This document shows, one piece after another, positions 47,858 to 60,700 of a DNA stretch of 64,000 nucleotides. Every line of letters begins with the position of its first letter. The first letter of the stretch is position 1. A model generated the notes under the pieces. It was not told the origin of the DNA. It ran no database searches and saw nothing but the letters and a program-made list of their open reading frames with translations. A program made the translations under genes and the position numbers. The DNA comes from Raillietiella orientalis (lineage: Eukaryota). Where the stretch lies: positions 1,612,001-1,676,000 of the forward strand of contig JAYWIR010000018.1 of assembly GCA_036172245.1 (NCBI GenBank). The letters run 5' to 3'.

Positions 47858-48870
47858 AGGATTCTTGGTCAGCAACCAAGGAATAACTTATCGGGGACAA
47901 TATGGCACCAAAGTCGGATCAAAGAGAAGATGAAAAAGTGGATTTCTTCCATACTGCGGCTTCTCACCGGTTTTGAACCACGAGGTCGTCTCCACGTCTT
48001 CAGGTTGAGACCCTGGACCTCTCTCTGGATTTGGACAATGAGAGTTCCTGGACTCGGCACCTGCGACGAAGATGGAGTTTGCTGCTGTTTGGAAAAAAGA
48101 ACGACAGGACAAACTCCGGCCAAGCGGAATCCCAAAGGTCGTCTACTCGACCTCGTAGGATAATCCCGGAATTCCACGCCGGTATCTGCTTGGTGGTAGA
48201 ATTGTTTGCTCGTTGATTTCAATTTGGTACCGGTTAAGTATTCTCGAGTCATCATGCAGCTGAACGAAATCGAAACGCCTACTCTGAGTGGGTAATCTGC
48301 TTGCCTTCCACGAAATGAGTCCGCTGCACTTACTCGTTTCCCGGAGACGGCTTCGTCTTCAAGCCGCAAGGATGCGGTTGATAAGCAAAAGAAACAGAGG
48401 GTGCAGGGAATCCCAAGAGAAGGATAACCTTGTTTCTCTGGAGGGAGCCCAGTCATCTGCAATTGTCTCCCTGTGAACAGGGAGAGATTTGGGGCTAAAA
48501 TAAATGCGTTTTCAGACTGAGACATGGCACGCTGAGGCAGAATTGAATTCGCAAGAATGAACGCGGTGGCTGTGAATGCCTGTGGGGTCAACACGACCCA
48601 ACTCCCGGAATAACACTCCTAGGCTCGAAAGCAATTCTTTGTCTTCACAGAGCACATAATTTGGGAGTTGGATCTCCATCTGGTTCCCAGAGATCTCTAT
48701 TCTGATAAACACTGGGGCTGGAATCTGGGAATCCGCGAATTCGGTTCGCTCACCAGATGTCAGGTCGAAGCTTTCCACTTGGAAAGCTGCTTGGTGTGTG
48801 TGTTTTTTTTGCCTTCTACAAACCCAACCCATCTTCCGAAGATGGAGCTGCACTAATTGTTTAAAATTTC
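47250..48870 (+). mobile_element. Decayed Ty3/Gypsy RNase H to integrase relic running from IR2 arm A into the spacer
   Basis: PDNRRTPFWTCCDASS in ORF 47174 (cf. PDxxxPFxLxCDAS). REATSMAAVLMR..EIDTIH in ORF 47209. RRIIPEFHAG in ORF 48031. LVPRDLYSDKHWG in ORF 48668 (cf. GVPxxIxSDxG). Confidence 0.6.
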
Positions 48871-49839
48871 GTTACTTCCGAGAGGAGAGTCTGCACCCAC
48901 GCAGAATCGGTCCTTTGAGCTTTTCCCCTCATTGCCTTCCGAAAACGGGACACGGCAGTGGAAGTCCGCACCGTGAGATAACGGCCGAAAAAGGACAAAA
49001 ATGCTAAATGAAGTGTGCGGGCTCTTCTCGATTGGGATTCTTCCGCTGAGTGTTTGCGTGCGTTAATGCGATCCTCGGCGTCCTGCACTCCGATATCTCT
49101 CTGGTTCTTAGGAAAGCGGCTCTTATCGGAGTGACGTTTGCGTCCGTCCGCACGGTGGTGAAGGTAAAATTCTCATGATACAGTGCCTCGCAGCCGCAGA
49201 ACCGAGAAGAGGTTGATAAAGATTGCATGACCAGCTCACGGATAATGGGAAGAGCGGTGACATGGCGATCCTAATTCATAACCGTGTCCTTAAAGCTTTC
49301 AGATTGGGTTTTCATTTATCAATATGCAGGCAGACGCTTTTAGCAGATCTTTATTTCCAAATAAATGCTGATTGCATCCATCGCTTTGGCAATTACTGAG
49401 GTGGTTTCCATGAGACACCTGCATTCGTCGGCTCTTCCAGCTTTCCAGGAAAGAGTGCAGAGAACTCATCAAGGCTTCCCGTTTGAGAATCAGCAGACCA
49501 ACTCGTGTCTCTCTCCTCATTCTCTACGGAAGCAGCCCGTGATGCTGGAGGCATGGATCGCATGCAATACATGGAAGGCCAGAGTTTCAGCAGATGCGAT
49601 TCTCTGTCGCCCCTGGGAAATTTTGACAGAATGAGAGTCAGGACTTTACGATGTTTCATTCACTAGAGGGCACGGGGCATTTTTGAAAGCGAGATTCAAA
49701 CGGAAAGGAAGACAGGAAGAAGAATGCAGTATCCCAAAGCACATGGGATGTGTGCCCACAATGATGTGGTTTTAACCTGGTTACTCCGGGCCTTTTATTT
49801 TAAAAGATAAACCACAAGGAAGAGGGAAAGAAGGGCCCC

Positions 49840-51248
49840 CCTCAAAAACCAAGAAATGCCAAAAGAAAAAACAAAGTTCATCCGGGATAATCAGAGGCAC
49901 GCAGACCGGCTCCCAGTAAGTAGGGAGCGGAGGGAGGGGGCAAGGAATACATAACAAAAGCCGGGAGGGTGGGGACCGAGGTCTTCGGTATGTGACGTTC
50001 CTTCTTCTTTAAAAGCGGCTGTGGATGGTGTCGATCTCCCTGGCGACTTCTTGTGGCGCATGAGACCGCCTTGCTGCTGCCCTCATGAGGACTGCTGCCA
50101 TGCTGGTGGCCTCTCTTCGCCGCGAACCTGACTCCAACACATGGCAGGCTGTCACTATGACGCTCATGCAACAGATTATTGGGATCGCAGCGTCCTTCTT
50201 CAGCCCGCCTCCGGTGAGGAAGCGTCGCAGCAAGTCCAAAACGGCGTCCTGCGGTTGTCGGGGCGCCGAAGCGAGTCTCCGCCACATGGCCCTCGATGGC
50301 CCAACTGCAGCCCAGCAGAAGGAACAGTTCGGGGAGGCAACCCCTCCGGAAACCAGGTGTTTGCGTTGATTGCACCGAAATCCCCAGTGCAGAAACAGCA
50401 GAACATCCCGTTTCCAGCGTAGGGGGAACACGGAGGTGTCCACACACAGGGAAGGGACCACGGGTTCTTCGAGGAGCACACCAAGCAAGGATAACTCAGA
50501 TGGAACTTGCCAGCATCCTGCAAAGGATGCAGAGGACGCCCTCCAGCGGATAGTGATCCTTTCCCGTGCCGCTCAGAGTTTTTTTTAGTATTGATTTTTA
50601 TTTATTTTAATTTTTGTTTGTCCCCCTCCCCTCCCGCTGCCGAGACGAACCTCGCCGGCCTGAGTGCCGGTTACATTTTCGGACGATGCAGAGCCAATGG
50701 CCCTACACATGTACGTTTCTTATTTTTTATAATAAACGTCCCGGCGTGAGCGGGTGATGAACCAAGCAGGTCACTCCACCCGGACGGAGTCCCTTTACCC
50801 GCAGACGAGGAGTGGCAGCGTTCACCAACTCGCTCTTCCCTGCAGCCGTCCAAAAGTTTTTCCACTCCTGGCATTTTGCGGCAAAACTCCTTCTCCCGGC
50901 GGCTGGCTGCTGTCATTTCTTGCCCTGAGGGCGGACAGCGCTGCGGCAAGGAATGCGACGGTACCAGTGCGTCCAATCCTGAAGGACCAATCCTCAGCGT
51001 TTTGCGTGGAAGACCCTGCAGCGATCCTCTGGGTTCCTCTGGGTGCACTTTCAGAGTGGTAACCCAGGGCTCCAGAGCCTCCTGCTGCCAGGCATTCCAG
51101 TTTATGGGCCGGGTAGGAGATCCACAGGTGGGCTACCAGTGGCGAGGACAGATGTCTCTGGAGGTAGCCGAATCTGGTCCTCCGGCGTAGGTTGTGAGGA
51201 AGAAGCGAAAGAATTCTTGCGCTCCCAATGCATGACAGGAGGATGTGA
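49840..51248 (-). repeat. Inverted duplication IR2, arm B
   Basis: Reverse complement of 46449-47857. With a 1-nt indel the match extends by 6 nt (TGGCAC/GTGCCA) to about 46443/51255. Confidence 0.98.
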
Positions 51249-51699
51249 CGTGCCAGAGTAAAATGATGTGGAAAGAACCACATCATTCCAGGCACATACT
51301 CCAAGGAGGAGTGTTAATGGCACGCAATGATGCATCCGACGGCCAAAAGTGTTTCGCTGCGCCGGTGCTCCATGATAGTACTGAAGGAGTCTGCATCTGG
51401 TGATCTTCATCCGTTCCGCAACTCTTCAGGATTTCTTTCTTTCTTTTTTTTCTTTGTTGATGCTGCTTTGTATAAAACCACAGTGGAAAAGAATTGGTGT
51501 GATTCTGGAAAGAGAGGATGCATTCCGTGTGTACGCAAGAAGGAAACCGGACCAATGAATCAAAGAAACGGGACAGAAGGAATCGCATGCTTTCATTTTT
51601 GGAAGAAAGGGAATAACTGTGAAAAAAATCCTCACTCAAATTGTATATGTCGCGCATGAAGTGTATTTCCGAACGCATTTCCAAATATAAGATTGATTG

Positions 51700-54600
51700 T
51701 GCGTACACAATTCGTAGATGACGTGGACAAGGATGTCTGCTTTATGTACATATGCTGTACATGCTTCCGTTCGCAGAACGGGGTTAATGACAATGCAAAC
51801 GGATGGATGCTATCCTCATTCTCTCGCCAGGGAGAGAAGGCCTTCATTCTCAGCATCGCTCAGTTGCGCCTGCTACTGACTTCCGATAATGGTAGCATTC
51901 ATCATCGGGGAAATTCCATGTTTCTAAAGAAGAGAAATGACATCGTACGCAGGCACAATTTCCTGAAGTAGCCGTAACCTATTACTACCGAGGTATCTGG
52001 CATCTGCCCTCTGAGAAACGGCATGCTGCAGTCCAAATGGATCGCACCATTTGTGGTGTTTTATAGTGATGAGCGAGTCGCTTCGACCGAGCCCTTTCTG
52101 GCTTTCGGACGATAAACCAGAAGAATGCCTTTTTATTTTCCAGATCCTTCCTTGCTTCCGTTGATTTTCATCTGACTGAGCGGATGAGAAAAGAAAGGAG
52201 CAGTCACCATGAAAGCGCCTATGGAGCCAAAGATTGCTAGCTACCTTTAGGAGCATATTTGCATCTGAATCCTTGCCTTCTGGAACGGTATTGTTGCTGC
52301 CGAAGGCAAACCTGGTTCAGAAGAAAGGCATCCTGGATTTTTTTCTTTTTTCCCCTTCATGCACACTGCTTGCCACAGGGAACTCGTCTGAAAGACTCTG
52401 CAGCGTCCACGGTCGTGGTTTTCTTCTCAATCTGGGATCAGTTTCGGGCGGTTACTCAAATTCTGGTGTCCGCTCGTCCTGAGGGATAGAAATTCAGCTC
52501 CAGCTCAGCAAATCAGCACGACTCAGAGGTAGCGACCGGTCGCTTTTTTGTGGGAGACTCGTACAATCCAAAGTGTGAGAAAGGGTGTGTTCTTTTGTAA
52601 AAAGGCGAATGGGGTGCAGGTCTCATGGAAGACTTCTGTCAATGCATTGCCCCTTTCTAAGGGTAAAGAGCGCATCTGGAGGGGTGCAAGGAACAGAGTG
52701 CGACTCTACCAAAGCGCGAGTCTCGGTTACAAAGAAGGTGCCGAACGTTGCCACCGAGCCCGGTGTTTTCACCTGGTTGCATCCTCGACCTCCGTTCCTT
52801 CGTCAGCTCCTCCAAAGTTTCAACAGACGGCCGACATGAAGGTCATGTCAGCTGCCTGCTACCTGTCTTTCCCGGGTGACCTATCGAGGCAGGTTCCGGT
52901 CCAGGAAGACCAGTGAAGGATTCCTCCTCTAGAATACCATGACCTTTCAAGCGGACGACTACTGGGGAACTTCTCACAACAGCGTACCAAGTGCGGTGTT
53001 TAATGAGGTCCTTTTGCCGTCCAAGAGCAGCTGACACTGTGGAAGGACCATTGCTGCTCAGTCCGCCAGATGAGCTAAAGAAAAAAGCATCACAAATAGA
53101 TGAGAACTCGGATTCGGAGTTGCGTTATAAATCACAGCTTCATGGAAGGGGCAATAATGGTGGCATCGATAGTGACAGAAGACCATCCTAAGGCGTTGTA
53201 TCACTTTTCCTTGCTCAACCAGCATCTGCGAGGCTCTCCATGAAACTGCACAGTCGGCTCGATTTCGATCCAGAAGAATGAGTGCAGTTAATATGCCAGC
53301 TGTGTGTGATCTCGGGATGGACAGATGTCTTCCCTCCCTGCAGTCGGGAGATGCGCATCGTGATATAATCCTTACATCAGCCCAACAGGTTCCAATATAT
53401 TGCTTTTCCTGAGATACCATGCTGAGCAAATGTCCGACAGAACCGTTACGAGCGTTTCATATACCCGGAAGATCAGCCGGATGCGAGGTGTCCTTGATGC
53501 ATTTTTCCGACTGTGCCCTTCCTCTTTGCTTCATCTCCCTGGACTCTGCTTTTTCCAAATATCGAATTATGACCACGCCGGTGACTAGAACCCATCATCC
53601 TTCCAGTCAAAACGAGAGATCATATGTGCACTAATGAGCCAATCGCGTGACCCTTCCTTCGAGAGCTTTGTAGCCAGTTCCAGCGCAAGGGAACCAACAG
53701 ACAGATCATTTCACCCTGAACTTGTTACACGAGTTCTTTCCTCATCCTTTGTTTGAAGAGCCCGTTTGGAGAGCTGGGTTCTTTCCGAACTGCCTTCGAG
53801 TTGCTCGGATTCAGTACGAGATGCAGTCTCCTGTGACAAAGCATTTCCGGAATCTTTTCTTCAACGATCTCTACACACAATGTTTAGCGGCCAAATTCGT
53901 CCGGAAACCAAATACAGGAGTAAGAACTCGTGTGCTGCCCGTTGCAAGGTCTTCATCCAAAGCCCGTTACTGCATGGCTTCTTAGTCAAAATGCAACGTC
54001 ACATTTCTCAAAGGGGCAAAAGCAGCGCGCAAACCCATCAGCTGCAGCTGACTTTCTCAGGTGATTTGCTGTTCCCCTTGTGATTCTTCACACCTTTTAG
54101 AGGAATCCTACAGCTGAGTGGTTGATCTCTCTTTATTCTTCTGACTCGAGAGAGGCTTTTGGGTTTTTGTTCTTACTAAAGACTGATTCCAGAGTTTCTT
54201 ATTCTTCTTTTTGCAAGGAAGCTGTCGATTTCTTGTAAAAGTCGGAATTTCCTCAGCTTGGTGATTTGTCCAGGAAGAAATAGCTCGAGACCCTGCATTG
54301 CTGACTTGAGAACGGTCCCCAATTCTCCAGGAATGCTCCAAGCGAAGAGTAAGCGCAATGGGCCCAGCTTTCCTACTTAAGCGATACAACCCAGTTATGA
54401 GCGCGGTGCCAATGTGCTGGAAAACATCCTTCTTCATCTCAGTGGCAAACATGGCCGGGATTAATTTACTAACTTCACGGGCAGTGCCCACTAGGGATGG
54501 TTCCAGACTCGCATGCAAGAACTGTGTGGTGGAGTAGGACTCCTGGAGTCTCTCGACGACATTCTCAAGCGCTGCATTGGGAAGCACGACGGTCTGGTAG

Positions 54601-55200
54601 TCAGAATGAAGAGGCTACTCGAGAAAAGTGGCGGACGGTGGCGGCCTCCCGTGACAGATCCAGAACCAAGACCGGATCGGGGTGCTCCAGGGAGACTGGA
54701 AGGGAATCCCTAGAATCACGGGTTTCGCAAATTAGGGAATACTAAGAGAAGTGAAGAAGACCCCTGAAAGATGAACGGAGAGCATCAGGCGAAAAATGGT
54801 GTGATCTAGCACATGCTGTACCAGGGAGATCCACTGGCAGCACAAATTGGCAGCAGAGGCTGAAACGAGGAAGCCCACGTGAAACCGCGGTTTCGAGTAG
54901 AGAATGAAACGGCGAGCAGACAGAGATGTCCTTTGCCACATCGATCGTGAGGCAGAGGCAGGAATTCTCCCATTAATTTTTCCCTATGGAGCATCTCCTT
55001 CTCATCCACATTCAGGATACTCTCCTTCTGCAGAGACCGTAGCAATTGAGGCTGTCTCCGAGACTGCCCTCGCATCTCTCGGCTCGTTGGGCTTGCAGGA
55101 GAGCATCGCCCGTCCCTCCATCCACGACCAGCACTTCGAAAACGTCCTCGCTTCGTGCTGCATTCCTCCTTCCCGACAGCTTTCACAACTATTGGCATCC
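51700..55200 (-). mobile_element. Decayed Ty3/Gypsy gag-pol relic
   Basis: RCGKGHLCL in ORF 54806- (zinc-knuckle-like). CWADVRII..HLSIPR..CPFHEAVIYNATP in ORF 53058- (RT). VVRLKGHGILEEESF..SIGHP in ORF 52843-. AFSPWRENEDSIHPFALSLTPFCERK in ORF 51632- (integrase zinc finger-like). Confidence 0.6.
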
Positions 55201-57666
55201 ATCTGCAGGATGCTGAGGCCTTCTCACCTCCCCGGAATGAATTCCGAAGCCTGGTGGCGCCGGTGTCCATGCTATGTGGAAAAATGAAAGATGCCGTGGT
55301 TCGTCGCCGAGACTGACGGCAACGGAGGATGCGTGCACCACGTCCCGTGCCACGCGGCGGGACGTGGGAGGTGACGGACGACCGTGATCTTGAACTTCAG
55401 GTCTCTGCTTAGCATCTTTCTCAGACGCGAGAGGGGAAAGTCTCTCAGACTAAACAAACGATTCTTTGACCTGAGAATGAGATGAGAAGAGGGAGCCGTC
55501 GTGATCCTTGTGGGGAAGCGCGTTAAATCTGAGGGCCAGCAATGAAACGAACGGGGAAACGGGAAATTCTTCTCGGATTTCGTCAGGGAAAGCCGCTTCG
55601 ATCGGGAAGTCGGAAATGCAAAGGGATCGGAAAAAGTTTTTTTCCCGAGTCCCAGAAAACTTCGGAGGCGGTTTCCTGGCTCCGGGAAACGACCCGTGCG
55701 GCAAGGTAAGGGGATCGTGGGCGGAGCAGCTTCCGTGCATCTCGATGGAAAGGGAAGATTGCGTTCCCTCAAGAAGTGAGAAGAATGAGAAGGAGAAACG
55801 ACCTTGGAGGGTAAAAGGTTCTTGGTCACATGCTCTATGAGATTCTTAACTCTCCCATTGCTGATAAAGAGGCAAGGCCACCTACAGCTGTGAAAAGGAG
55901 GTCATCTCTCTCGAAGGTGCCTCTTAGGAAAATCAGAGCTCCAATAAGGAAGGGACTCTTCAATGCTGCAAGGTCACATCTTTCGTTATGCAGCTCTGGA
56001 GGCGCAGCTCCATGCGCCGTCGTTGGTTTTACTCGAAGGTCTGTTCATGAAGGGATTTTCTTGTCTCAAGCCGGAACAGTTTCCGCTTTCAGGTGCAGCA
56101 ACAAGGAGTCTTCAGTTTGATCCCTGTGCCTTCCCCTTCTGGAAGAAGCGTCCACACGAGCACGCACACACTCACTCCATTCTGCCACCTGCCTTACGTC
56201 TGTGGCAGAGCGGGTGGTGCAAGAAGACCCCCCTCTGCCTTATTTTCACTCCATGTCTCCTCGTTTCTAGGTGATTCGAGGAAGGTTCCTCTTCGAGTAT
56301 GGAACGCAGCTCCCAAGCGGAAGTTTCCTCCTTGTCGCTTTCAGAAGAAAGATGAAATCCCCCAGAAACCTTCTAAAAGCGAGTTTCCCGCTTCTGGTTG
56401 CCTCGGAATCACCTGAATGTTCCGAGACCCCTTTTATCACCCTCTCACCTCGCTTCCGAAAGAGCACGAGAGGCTCCAGCTAAAGGGAGCAGAGAAAGGA
56501 CTTGACGGAGGCTGTTCAGGGGAAAGAGAATTTGCTGTAACCTACCGCGGGGCTGAGATGAACCATCGTTTCCCAGACTTCCGAATTTTCCACTCTTCCG
56601 TGTAATTTCCGTGTCCTCCTCTGTGCTGGAGGAACTTGAAGGAGGGGGAAGAAGCCAATGTTCTGCCGGAGGATTCCTTTTTTCCCTTCAGCTATGACAG
56701 AGAGAAGAAAAATGAGATGCGAATCTGTGCGTCCTTGAGATCTTTCCATGGTTTCCCCTCCGGGACTGCGACCAGAACTCCGTCCCACTTCCGCGGAGAC
56801 GAGACGGCGTCGTCGAATTCCTCGCTTCGAAAGGAGAGTCCAGCAGACGCGACGGGAATTCCGGAAGTCCGGGCTCACCAGCGTTGCCCTTGAGGAGAAG
56901 GATCTGCTGCCCCTATCCTGCGGCAGGCGCTGATCCCAAGCGGAAATTTCCCCGCCTCCTTCCTCCCATCTGGAAGCGAAATGACCCCTTCCTCCGCGGC
57001 GCCGACTCTCGTCTCGCCTTCATCGTTCCGGAGCAGCGAACTCTGGGAGAAAACGATCAAGAGAATGGTGCGGAGGAGCTCTCGATTCCTCACGTCTCGA
57101 TGGGGAGGGGGTCCTGCAAGCGAGCATTTTCCCGCCGCAAACGAGAAGGAAAGACCGCTTTGGAGGGAAGGAGCGGGGGACGGGGAGATGCGTCGAGCGG
57201 GAAAACTGCCAAGAAGAGAATCCTCCTCGCGGGTCTTCGCCCCGCTGTCGCTTCGGAGGGGCGAAAGCTCTCCCTTCAGGGACCCTGAAGATGGCTTTGA
57301 AGTCCTCACCCCCACCCAGAGAGGTACCCCTGCCATGACGCGGGAGACGGCAGACAGAGGCCGTCCCGAGATGATGACGCGGAGATGCAGGCGTCCCTTG
57401 GGGTGAGAGTGGGAAAGGGTTTGTTGAAAGGCCTCCTCATGGAAGCTGCGTCTTCCCCCAGGTCCTAGGGTAGAGGGGGGGGGTGATCTCTTTACGGGAG
57501 ACCTCACGTGCTCTCCGAGGGCTAGTACTCCGTGACCGCCTGCAACGAATGGAATGGAGAAAGGGAAACGCCCTGTGGGCGGCTAGCGGATTCCTCTTCG
57601 TCGCCGGCGACGCCCGCCGGAAGTCACAGAAACAGTCTCCCGAGAAACCAGGCGGCGGAAGGTTCC

Positions 57667-57772
57667 GCCCCGTCGTGGTGGAGGCGCCTGGAGTGAGTGC
57701 GGCATCTGCTTTCAGGAACAGCCGGAAGAAGGAAGAGGAGGAAAGGAAAAGGAGAACGAAGGAAGCAGAAAG
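57667..57772 (+). repeat. ~105-bp dispersed direct repeat, copy 1 (copy 2 at 61864-61970)
   Basis: Shared GTGGTGGAGGCGCC.GGAGTGAGTGCGGCATCTGCTTTCAGG...AGCCGGAAGAA.GAAGAGGAGGAAAGGAA; roughly 90% identical by eye. Confidence 0.9.
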
Positions 57773-60700
57773 CGAGGGGTGCGCGGTCATAACCCCGAGC
57801 AACTCGTTCCGGGCCTGCATATCCTGCTTGTGGGGAGCTGTCTATCCCTTCTCCCCTCTCTTCCCCTCCTCTCCCTCCAGCGCGCACTTTGCTCGACTTC
57901 CCCGTGGGACCGGCGGGCAAGGGAGAGGCACAAGGGTGGGTCTTTGGTGGTCGCTTCTACCCTCCCGTTAGCAGTTCCCTCCCCTCCCTGGCCTCAGAAA
58001 ACGGGCGCTTCCCCCTCTCTTTCAGTCAGAGGCGCTTCTGCCGCTGCCACATGAAGCCAAGGGAAGTGGTTCCTGGCACGACGCGTTGGAGGAGGAGGTA
58101 CGTCGGGAGGAAGGGGGAGGAACCTGGACTGCGCCTCGCGATCCCACAGGGAAACCGCCCTCCCGCCACGGGCACCTCGTCACGCTCGTGGAGACCGAGG
58201 TGACGTTCCCGTCGCATCCTCTACGCCGATCTGTCCGCTAAGGCGGAAGAGGCCCCGATCGCCTTTCTGCAGGGCGTCGCCAAGGGAACGGCATCTCTGA
58301 AGGATCCCGGAAGGGGAGCGGGACCTCTCCTGAGTCTTCAGATTCCCCGGAGCGCGGCCGACGAGCGCTCTCCCCCCCCCCCTGCCTCGTCGCCTCTCGA
58401 GTGGGATGAAGGAGAAGAGCGCCTCCCCCCATCCGGACACCCTACCTCGACCCGCAGCACTTCCTTGGTGCTCCCTAAAAAACGCCAACGGGAGGAGGCA
58501 AGCAGTAGCCTTCGAGCAGCCTGCTCGAGGGTGCCTAAAGGAGAAAGAGCGGTGCCGTCAAGGAGGGGAGGGAATGCTCCCTTCGCCCACTTTTCCTCCT
58601 CGCGGCTGAGCCCAGCTCCAAGGAGTGCATCAGGTCACTCCTTTCCGCACGCGGAAGCTGGGCCACCTCGTCTTTAGACCGGTCGTCCCTTTTTTCCCTT
58701 CTCGTCGTGGTCCGGGAGCGAAATGACCTCCCCGCACCCTCCTCCTTCCCCTAACACGCGGTCTCCATGGCTGCCTCTACACTCTGATGGTAGGTGGGAA
58801 GAGGGCAGTTGCCAGCTGTGGATAACTGCTCATCACCGCAGCTGGACAGGTGCACGTCTTCTGAGGCAGCCCTGAGGCGAACCTTTCTCCTTCCCTGTCC
58901 CTCCTCAAGAAGTCCCCTTTGCTGCCTCCCTAGCCAGGATAGTCACCTGGGAGTCGAGGAACCAGCAGCGGGATGAAGGGGCTGAAGAGGCGTTTCCAGA
59001 AAAAGTCCCGGTGGAGTGGGGACGTGGTGTTAGGAGAAGAGGGGATAAGGGCTGGAGATCTTCTCTTCCCCCCTTCTTCTGAGGACCAGTAGAGGGATGT
59101 CCGATTCCGCTTCGGGAGATGGTTGCATCCAAGACAACTCCAGGAGGAAGAACGAGGAAGGCTCATCCGGAAGAAGAGGACACCATCTGCCTGCTGGACA
59201 CTTCCAAGAGGGCGAGACCTTCCTTCCATGAGATCCCAGGGGCTCACCGCATTTTTGCCTTGCATCCAGCCGAAAGCACTTGGTCCGTTTCTCCACCGTC
59301 TCCAAGGAAACCGCCACGGTAGCTGATCCGAGTTGTGGAAGCAGCTCCTTCGCCGCTCTTGACCTCCGTCGGGAGGGGACTCGAAAGCCCCCCGTGCATG
59401 AGCGTGCCTCGCCGCCGGAGACACTGCTGCCGACCTCGGGGAGCGTGGCTCGTATGCGTCGTCCAGTCTCATGGATTTCCATGGGTGCCGCCGCTTGTGG
59501 CCGGCCCGTGCGTTGGTGCCTCGCTGATTGGAGACAGCACGCGAAAAATGGCTTGCAGATGGCAGCACGCGTCCGGATACTCCGAGGCAGTACCGCCGCC
59601 GCTCCGAGTGCGGAGGGAGCGCACGCGCAGCTGCGGCTCCTGCCGCCCTGCGGCAAGCTCTTTCCAGAGCAGCCCGCAGCTCGCAGGAAAGGTCCAGAAG
59701 GGCGGAACTCCGCCTTCTGACCCTCCAGGAAATTAGGTACTTCCCGGCCAGGAGTGACTCATCTGACAACAGCTTGGATACGAGCTCATCCTCCTTCCTT
59801 CTTTCCCGGCTCCTTGCCCCTCCCCCCCTACTCCTCCAGGACGCACCCTCTGCCTGGATCTGCTCTGGCTACCCCATTCTCCCCACCATTTTCCTGCGTT
59901 CTTGCTCAGACTCTCACCTCGCCAACACTCTCCCCAAAGACCCGGTCACCATGGATGCGAGGACGTTGTCCCTAAGGGTCTCTCTGGACACCCCGTCCGT
60001 CCACGGGGAAGATCCACCCAAACGACCACCCTCCGAGCGTCTGATTCCAAACTCCTGATCTTTGAAGGGAGAGGGAGTCAGCGACCCCGCAAAGAGAGGC
60101 TGCCATCCGTCCTCTCCGAAGGACTCAGGTCTCAGTCGGGAGTCCTCAACGATCGGCTTCCGAGATCCGCTTGCGCGTGCCCCTTTTTTCCGTCCCCCGT
60201 TCGGTCGACCTATGGTCCCTTGGCTCGGCATCGGAAGGGAAGGGGAACGGAAGTGGGGGCGACTCGCTGCGGAACTGCTGGCGGAGAAACCTCCTCACAG
60301 GCAGAGGCAGCCACATCAGCAAGCCATGGGGCCGCGAGCAGCAGCGCTGCAAGGTCAACGTGCCCGACCGCGAAGAGCACCGAAGAATCTGCGCGTCAGA
60401 TTCGTGTGGACGCGCCCGCGGTGGATGGCGGCTGCCCTTCCGAACGCGGGGCACCCGCCCGCCAAGGAGGGGGGGTTTCGCGTAGGACCCCGACCGAAAG
60501 CCTCCTCCTTCTTCCTACTTCTCTTTCCCGCAAGAGGGTGTCTGTGCCTTGGAGTAGGGGGTAACCCTTTTCCGGCTGCAAGTGGAGGGGTCCGACAGAG
60601 CACGTAGGGTCTCCCGGAAAGAGATCACCCTGCCCTCTACCCCATGGCCTGGGAGAAAATGCAGCTTCCATGAGGATTGACTAAACCCCTTCCCCTCTCA

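Noticed and set aside
46434..51264. IR2 as a Foldback/Mutator-like transposon with long TIRs and a 9-bp TSD
   Set aside because: The flanks CAGTAAGCT and GAGTAAAAT match at only 6 of 9 positions despite identical arms. There is no transposase, and arm A is collinear with a Gypsy relic that continues into the spacer.
55400..56480. Possible second dispersed repeat family shared with about 17300-17700, 34700-35060 and 39160-39320
   Set aside because: Only TTCC/GGAA-rich compositional resemblance; I could not establish a real alignment by eye.
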